A stretch of DNA of 64,000 nucleotides from a virus. Lineage: Duplodnaviria; Caudoviricetes. How positions within the stretch are numbered: the stretch's first letter is position 1; every line of letters begins with the position of its first letter. This document shows positions 58,440-64,000 of this stretch, piece after piece. The notes beneath the pieces are model-generated. The model was given only the letters and a program-made list of their open reading frames with translations. It was not told the DNA's origin and searched no databases. The stretch is from the IMG/VR virus record IMGVR_UViG_3300037047_000246; one strand, 5' to 3'. The translations under genes and the position numbers were made by a program.

Positions 58440-58915
58440 CGTACGTGAAAGCTTTCTTTCGGCGTCTGTACCAGATTGCCGTGCAGTACCCGCTGGCTGT
58501 GGCTGCCACTGTGTGCGTGGTGGTCGCATTTGTTCTACTGAAGATGTATGGGCGCAGCTTCGACATCGGTGGCATGCTGGGCAAATTGTGGGGCAAATCG
58601 CCCACGCCGGGCGTGAGAACGGCGGTGGTGGCTGCCAGATCGGCACACGGAAAACTGCTGACACCCGGCTCGCCTGACGAACGCGGGTACGTGCAGGCGC
58701 CAGTCACCACAGAAATCTTGCAGCCCGGGGCGTTCTCCAATCCGGACACCATAACAGTTGTGCACCCGGACAAAGGCGAAATCACCATTCTCTTGCCTAC
58801 TGGCGTCAAAAACAAGGACGTGCAGGAAGTGGTCGAAATCGAGCCTGGCGTGTACGAAATCAAGAACAACGATTCCGGAGTTGACACCGACGACGTAAGG
58901 AATGCGCTCCGATGA
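58436..58915 (+). CDS. membrane-anchored hypothetical protein (159 aa)
   Basis: ATGA overlap; basic N-terminus then a hydrophobic helix LAVAATVCVVVAFVLL. Confidence 0.7.
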   Translation: MTYVKAFFRRLYQIAVQYPLAVAATVCVVVAFVLLKMYGRSFDIGGMLGKLWGKSPTPGVRTAVVAARSAHGKLLTPGSPDERGYVQAPVTTEILQPGAFSNPDTITVVHPDKGEITILLPTGVKNKDVQEVVEIEPGVYEIKNNDSGVDTDDVRNALR

Positions 58916-59538
58916 AACTTGGTGTTTCAGCCGCTGCTGTTGTGGTGCTGACAGTTTGCTGGCCAGCTGCGGCGCAGGACGCGCCCGCGTGCCCTGCGCC
59001 GGGCAAATGCGTTTCGGCCGAGCAGAAGCAGAAGATTCTGCAAGCCATGGACGAGCTAGACAACATTCACCGCAGTCCAGCTGTGGTGACCTTGCAAGAC
59101 GACGTGGTGATTGTGCGGGACTGGCAGGACAGGGTGTACGTCAACGGTGGTGACATTGTGCCGCTGCGAGCGAAGCTCAAGATAGGCCGGCACGTGGACA
59201 GGGACCTGCACATCGTTCTTCGCCCCCAGTTGCAGTTCAGGGCGCAGCCCCCGGACCCGATGTTTAGGTTGAGAATTCGAGCTCAAGCGGGCTTGCTCGT
59301 GCCGCAGGCAGTTTCGTCAGTCGCCGGAGATGCGCAGCCTTTTTGGGACGGCGGGGTGTCGTGGGACTTCTTCCATTTGGGGCCGGTGAACCTTGCCGCC
59401 TACACTGGGGTCAGAAGCGCAGGCGCGGGCCCTGGTCTTGATTTGACCAAAAACTTTGGCCTGTCCGCAAGTTACGCGTTCATTTACGACGGCTCCAAAT
59501 CCAGTGCGATGCTGTCTGCTTATTTCAGTTTCAACTGA
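58912..59538 (+). CDS. exported protein with a signal peptide and a C-terminal outer-membrane-like beta-strand region (208 aa)
   Basis: MKLGVSAAAVVVLTVCWPAAA|QD (SPase I-like); C-terminal alternating hydrophobic strands ending AYFSFN. Confidence 0.65.
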   Translation: MKLGVSAAAVVVLTVCWPAAAQDAPACPAPGKCVSAEQKQKILQAMDELDNIHRSPAVVTLQDDVVIVRDWQDRVYVNGGDIVPLRAKLKIGRHVDRDLHIVLRPQLQFRAQPPDPMFRLRIRAQAGLLVPQAVSSVAGDAQPFWDGGVSWDFFHLGPVNLAAYTGVRSAGAGPGLDLTKNFGLSASYAFIYDGSKSSAMLSAYFSFN

Positions 59539-59553
59539 TGTAAGCTGGGGGCG

Positions 59554-62500
59554 ATGATCATCGATCCTCAACATCTCGCCCAGATCCGTCAAATCCGCTC
59601 GCAAACGGAAATATCGCTCAAGCCGTCGCCCTTCCTGCGTCAGTCCTTCGTTGATGATGGAGGCGAAGAGTTGCCTGTGCAACTCCGCAATTACCAAAAG
59701 GGACACATACTGGAAATGCTCATGTCGCCTCGCCACATAAACGGCGAGGACACAGGACTTGGCAAAGCCCAACCTTTGGACGCGAAGGTTCTGACTCCTC
59801 AAGGATGGGTCAATATGGGGGACCTTCGCGTGGGTGACTTTGTGATCGGTGCCAACGGGTTACCAACTAAAGTGCTTGGGATATACCCCAATGGCAAGAA
59901 ACAAATATATAAAGTCACAATGTCTGATGGGTCTAGCACCGAATGTTGCGAGGACCATTTGTGGACGGTGAGGACTGGAAATACGCGCCGATCTGGCGAT
60001 GGGTGGGTGGTGCGTTCGTTGAAGCAGATTGTTGCGACCGGCCTGTCCCGTCAAAGGAATTCCACCTGGCTCAGGTGGTCCGTACCCATAATGCGACCAG
60101 CACAATTCCCGGAGACGTGCCTACCGCTGGACCCGTATATAGTTGGTGTGCTGCTCGGCGATGGACTTACTCGGGCCGTCAAAGAACTTGGTCTAAAGGG
60201 CACAAATTGGAACACTAAGTTCATCCCTGTTCAGTACCTCACTGCATCAGTCTCACAGAGAATTGAACTGCTGCGCGGCCTGATGGACACAGATGGATAT
60301 GTGTCTAAAGATGGCATGGTGACTCAATTCTATTCATCCAACTTGAAGCTTGTGCAGGACTTCGTCGCTCTCGTCCAGTCATTGGGCGGTGTCGCCAAGA
60401 TAGCATCGAAGATGCCAACGCTGCGTGGGAAATCGCGAGCGAAGAATGGTAAACTCGCTTATACCGTCACTATTTCTCTTCCGAATGAGATCGTTCCGTT
60501 TCACCTTTCGAGGAAGGTCTCCCGGTGGCGTCCCAAAACGAAATATCAAACGGCACGACGGATAAAATCAGTGCAAGCGACGCGCGAAGCGGAATGTCAA
60601 TGCATTCGGGTTGCAGCGCACAACAACCTATATGTGACGGACGATTATATCGTCACCCACAACACGTTAGAGGTGCTCAGCACTATCGGGTACCTATGGC
60701 TTAAGGAACCTGAGTACGTACCTATAGTACTCACCAAAAAGTCTTCTCTGTACCAGTGGGAGGCCGAAACTAACAAGTTCCTGCAAAACGTAGAGGCAGT
60801 AACCATAGATGGCGGCCCGTATGAGCGAGACGTCGCTTACGCCCAATTCTTCGAAAGCTACGGCGATGGATGCAAGCGCCTGCTCATCATGACCTACGAT
60901 GCGTTGCTCAAGGACGCAAATGAGTCGGTTGTGCGCAAATCCGACCACAAATCATCGACGACTGACAGAAAGGCGTTGGCTGCTGCTCGCAAGATGCACA
61001 AGGCAGCCAAGCAAGCTGCGGCTGGCTCAACTCAGGACTTCGAATCTTTTTTCAACAAACGACCGTTCGAGATTTGGGACTATGCCAAGACCACGGTAGC
61101 CATTGGCGCCCAATCCAGGCCGCCCTTGCCCAACAACTGGCAGTCTGAAGACGAGCAGCAAGTTCAAGCGATGCGACAGCTCATCGACGCCGAGCAAGCT
61201 TGGCGCATCGAGGTTGCTCGACTCGAAGCTGCCGTGCATCCGACTGTTGTCACCCCTGGCGTCCTAGGTCACCTTAAGGCATTTCAGGCAGCGCATCCGC
61301 AAGCTAAGCTGATGCTGGTGATGGACGAAGTGCACGTCGTCAAAAATCATAAAGGCAAAATTCATTTGGCGGCGTCTGACTTGGCCAAGTGTTGCGATCG
61401 GGTATGTGGCCTCACAGCGACGCCGGTCAAAAACCGCTTGATGGAGTTTTTCGCCCTGTTCCGCATTGTGGTGCCTGGCCTGTTTCCAAAGGTGACGTGG
61501 TTCCAAAACGAATACTGCGTCACCAAGCTCCAGAGGATTGGCGGGGGGCGCCAAGTGCCCATCGTTGTGGGTTACAAGAACCTCGACCAATTTGTTAAAG
61601 TCATAGAGCCGTTCTACCTGTCTCGACGCAAGTACGACGTGGCCGCAGAGCTGCCGCATCTGGTGTCGCGAGAGTTGCAATGTGAGCTGACTGACATGCA
61701 GGAAGAATTGTACGATATGGCTGAAGCAGGTTTGCTCGCCAAAGACGCTGACCCGGATGAATCATCAGCGGCCGTGCTCGGGGCCATGACGTTTGTGCAG
61801 GAGGCGGTCAATGCCCCGAGCCTACTCAACGACTCAGATGGTCAGCCGTTTCAGGGCAGCTCACCCAAGGTAGACACACTGATAGAAATGCTCGAAGACG
61901 AGCTTGATGGAGTCAAAACCATTGTGTTTTCCAGGTTTGAACGCATGGTGTCACTGACTGAACAAGCGCTCAAGAACAAGGGTATTCGCTGCACTCGCAT
62001 CACCGGCAAGGAGGCTAAGGCCTCAGATCGCGAGAAGGCTAAGGCGCTATTTCAAGATCCCAAGTCGGGCGTCGACGTGATTCTCATCACCGAAGCCGGG
62101 TCGGAGTCCATCAATTTGCAGGCAGCAGAGCATTTTGTGCTGCTCGACTCACCCTGGAGCTGGGGCACCTACCTGCAGCTCATCGGCCGCATGATTCGCA
62201 TCGGCAGCAAACATTCAATGGTAGTGGCCACCCATTTGGTGGGCATCCGCAAAAGCGGCGCCAAGACGATAGACCAATATGTCATCAAGAAGCTCAAAAC
62301 CAAGAAGTCCCTGGCCGACAAGGTGGCGGGGGAGGGTCTCAAAGACGGCCTGAAGTTCGTCCCGGAAGACGACGCCATGGAGCTGGTCGCCATGATAAAG
62401 TCGGGCCGGGAAGGGGGTCAGAAGGCCTCAGCGCCGGCAGCCGGTGCCAAGGTGCCCTCCATCGGCAAAAAGCTCAGGGAAACCCCCTCCCGTGTCAAGA

Positions 62501-62568
62501 AGAGCATGCCCGAAGACCAGCCCGGCGCTAAGGCCGTTGTCGTGAGCCTCGACGACTCGGAGATTTGA
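59554..62568 (+). CDS. SNF2-family helicase/ATPase containing an intein (1004 aa precursor)
   Basis: LRNYQ, motif I DTGLGK|T split by the intein, MDEVH, LTATPVKNRL.E, SPKVD.L..., IVFS.F, GSESINLQAA, W......Q.IGR..RIG. Confidence 0.92.
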   Translation: MIIDPQHLAQIRQIRSQTEISLKPSPFLRQSFVDDGGEELPVQLRNYQKGHILEMLMSPRHINGEDTGLGKAQPLDAKVLTPQGWVNMGDLRVGDFVIGANGLPTKVLGIYPNGKKQIYKVTMSDGSSTECCEDHLWTVRTGNTRRSGDGWVVRSLKQIVATGLSRQRNSTWLRWSVPIMRPAQFPETCLPLDPYIVGVLLGDGLTRAVKELGLKGTNWNTKFIPVQYLTASVSQRIELLRGLMDTDGYVSKDGMVTQFYSSNLKLVQDFVALVQSLGGVAKIASKMPTLRGKSRAKNGKLAYTVTISLPNEIVPFHLSRKVSRWRPKTKYQTARRIKSVQATREAECQCIRVAAHNNLYVTDDYIVTHNTLEVLSTIGYLWLKEPEYVPIVLTKKSSLYQWEAETNKFLQNVEAVTIDGGPYERDVAYAQFFESYGDGCKRLLIMTYDALLKDANESVVRKSDHKSSTTDRKALAAARKMHKAAKQAAAGSTQDFESFFNKRPFEIWDYAKTTVAIGAQSRPPLPNNWQSEDEQQVQAMRQLIDAEQAWRIEVARLEAAVHPTVVTPGVLGHLKAFQAAHPQAKLMLVMDEVHVVKNHKGKIHLAASDLAKCCDRVCGLTATPVKNRLMEFFALFRIVVPGLFPKVTWFQNEYCVTKLQRIGGGRQVPIVVGYKNLDQFVKVIEPFYLSRRKYDVAAELPHLVSRELQCELTDMQEELYDMAEAGLLAKDADPDESSAAVLGAMTFVQEAVNAPSLLNDSDGQPFQGSSPKVDTLIEMLEDELDGVKTIVFSRFERMVSLTEQALKNKGIRCTRITGKEAKASDREKAKALFQDPKSGVDVILITEAGSESINLQAAEHFVLLDSPWSWGTYLQLIGRMIRIGSKHSMVVATHLVGIRKSGAKTIDQYVIKKLKTKKSLADKVAGEGLKDGLKFVPEDDAMELVAMIKSGREGGQKASAPAAGAKVPSIGKKLRETPSRVKKSMPEDQPGAKAVVVSLDDSEI
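59767..60663 (+). mobile_element. class 3 (Ala1, WCT) intein with an internally deleted LAGLIDADG endonuclease (299 aa)
   Basis: AQPLDAKVLTPQGW start; block B CCEDHLW; block C PYIVGVLLGDG; block E LLRGLMDTDG; block F ECQCIRV; block G YIVTHN/T. Confidence 0.92.
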
Positions 62569-63392
62569 CGATGGACGAATGCAAGTGCAACGGACGAGGT
62601 ATCATAGAGAAAGAGGGCAAGCTGTACGAGTGCATTTGCGCCATCTTGATGCGTCGAGCGGCTTCCATGCCCCCGTACGTGCGGATAGCCGACCTTCGGC
62701 CAGAGCATCTGACGCACAATCTGCACGCTCATGTGCACAAGTCGCTGTTCGTGATGGCTACATGGCCAGACATGAAGGCGATCATCAAAGCCGTGATGAT
62801 CCGGCATATCAATTTGTTTGTTCGGGTGACTTCGGACAACGAAATTTTGCACGCCTACGTCGGCAATATGGCCCGCAAGAACAAGAACGATAACGAAGCT
62901 TCGTTCGAAAACGTCGGAGACTTCATCGGTCCGCCGAATTTGGCAATTGTGCGTCTCAACGCCATCACGCGCCCGAACAAGGCAGCCGCTGGAGCGCTTG
63001 AAGAGGCTTTGGTGTGCCGATCGGACCATGACAAACCCATATGGTTGGTATCCGACATGGACCGACATTTCACCTCAACCAGCCCGGCGTACTCTGAATC
63101 GCTTTGGGACTTGATTGAGGCTATGCCGAAAGTGCGAATTCCGCCAATTCTGCCTCGCAACGCGCCGGCAGGGGTGTTGGATGTGGAGCTGGTGGGATCT
63201 GGTTCGCCAGCGCCAGCGCCAGCGCCAGCGCCAGCGAGCAAGAGTGGCGACTCTCCGCCCAAAAAGACGCGCCCCAAGCCAGAACCGGAGCGCCGCGCTC
63301 CCCCGCGCGACGCGGAAGATGACGACTTCGGCTTGTCAGTGTATGGATCAGGCCTGGGAAAAAAGAAGCCGTTTGGTAGAGGCGACGACTGA
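62565..63392 (+). CDS. putative helicase loader-like protein with an N-terminal Zn-binding motif (275 aa)
   Basis: CKCNGRG...ECIC at the N-terminus; lies directly upstream of the probable replicative helicase; no intact Walker A visible. Confidence 0.4.
   Translation: MTMDECKCNGRGIIEKEGKLYECICAILMRRAASMPPYVRIADLRPEHLTHNLHAHVHKSLFVMATWPDMKAIIKAVMIRHINLFVRVTSDNEILHAYVGNMARKNKNDNEASFENVGDFIGPPNLAIVRLNAITRPNKAAAGALEEALVCRSDHDKPIWLVSDMDRHFTSTSPAYSESLWDLIEAMPKVRIPPILPRNAPAGVLDVELVGSGSPAPAPAPAPASKSGDSPPKKTRPKPEPERRAPPRDAEDDDFGLSVYGSGLGKKKPFGRGDD
63205..63236 (+). repeat. (CGCCAG)5 perfect tandem repeat encoding PAPAPAPAPA
   Basis: Read directly from the sequence. Confidence 0.95.
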
Positions 63393-63441
63393 CTCGCTGC
63401 AACTGCGCACTGCATAAACGAAGCGCTATCAAGAGGTACCC

Positions 63442-64000
63442 TTGGAGAGAATACTCAGAAGCCTCATTCAGGTCGGCGCTGTGCCGGATGCCGAAGACTG
63501 CCTGCGCAACTGGATCAAGCTGCAAGAGCATTCCATCGACTTTCCTACGGTTGAGGACAAGTCCATTTTCGAATATCTCGGCACGTTTTACGGGCAGATG
63601 TCAGCGCCGCCTGACTTCACCATCGTGCGCGAGTTTTTTGAGAAGGAAGACAATGTCGAAGCAGTTTCTCGCCTGGACGAAATCAAAGCTGCGCAACCGT
63701 TCATTGGCACCAACTACCTAGCCATCGTTCGCGCCGAAGAAGATCGCCAGCAGATCAAGAACTTCGTGATGCTGATGCGAGACGCCACCGTGGTGGCGGA
63801 ACACGGCCGCAACGTCGACAAATCGCTCGGCGGCAAAAAGGTGCTCAAGGGCATATCGGACGCTGTCGGATTCGTATATGACAAGCTGCACGATTTCACT
63901 CGCGTCGAAGGCGGCGAGAAGCTCGAAGGGGTGGTCACTGACGACGCCGAAGAACTTCTCGGCGAGTATGAGGTCACCGAAAAAACGGACAAGTATGCGG
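63442..64000 (+). CDS. probable DnaB-like replicative helicase, N-terminal part (3'-truncated)
   Basis: TTG start with AGAGG SD; open frame MERILRSLIQ... to the window end. Helical N-domain and context only; the catalytic motifs lie outside the window. Confidence 0.5.
   Translation, partial: MERILRSLIQVGAVPDAEDCLRNWIKLQEHSIDFPTVEDKSIFEYLGTFYGQMSAPPDFTIVREFFEKEDNVEAVSRLDEIKAAQPFIGTNYLAIVRAEEDRQQIKNFVMLMRDATVVAEHGRNVDKSLGGKKVLKGISDAVGFVYDKLHDFTRVEGGEKLEGVVTDDAEELLGEYEVTEKTDKYA

Noticed and set aside
1-64000. CRISPR array, tRNA, rRNA or stop-codon recoding
   Set aside because: Spacers are all under ~150 bp with no repeat-spacer or cloverleaf pattern noticed; long ORFs read cleanly in the standard code and end in TAA, TAG and TGA. 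tRNAscan-SE would confirm.

Overview
This window looks like part of a large (jumbo-like) contractile-tailed phage genome, roughly 55-60% GC by spot counts. I found no host housekeeping operons, rRNA, tRNA or CRISPR. From 4.4 to 58.4 kb it is almost entirely one + strand tail/baseplate module: tail tube, two chaperones, tape measure, two tube-initiator paralogues (one carrying a GH73 muramidase-like domain), hub, central spike, gp25-, J- and I-like wedge proteins, and several 750-2100 aa baseplate/fibre/tailspike proteins. It is flanked on the left by an AAA+ ATPase and two unknown genes, and on the right by a membrane/secreted gene pair, an intein-containing SNF2 helicase, a putative helicase loader and the start of a probable DnaB-like helicase. 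Three - strand inserts interrupt it: a low-GC gene fusing two Zn-finger/HNH modules to a Mu Mom-like DNA-modification domain, a 122-aa unknown, and ndk plus a Trp-rich unknown. The main leads are (1) the HNH-HNH-Mom fusion, (2) a recurrent intergenic YTNYTATG motif whose ATG opens 1-23 codon mini-ORFs ending at or near the next start codon, (3) a ~40-aa His-His-Asp repeat present 21 times in multiples of three in two baseplate proteins, and (4) a three-repeat candidate spike tip that is not PAAR. All product calls come from motif recognition and gene order by eye; no database searches were run.
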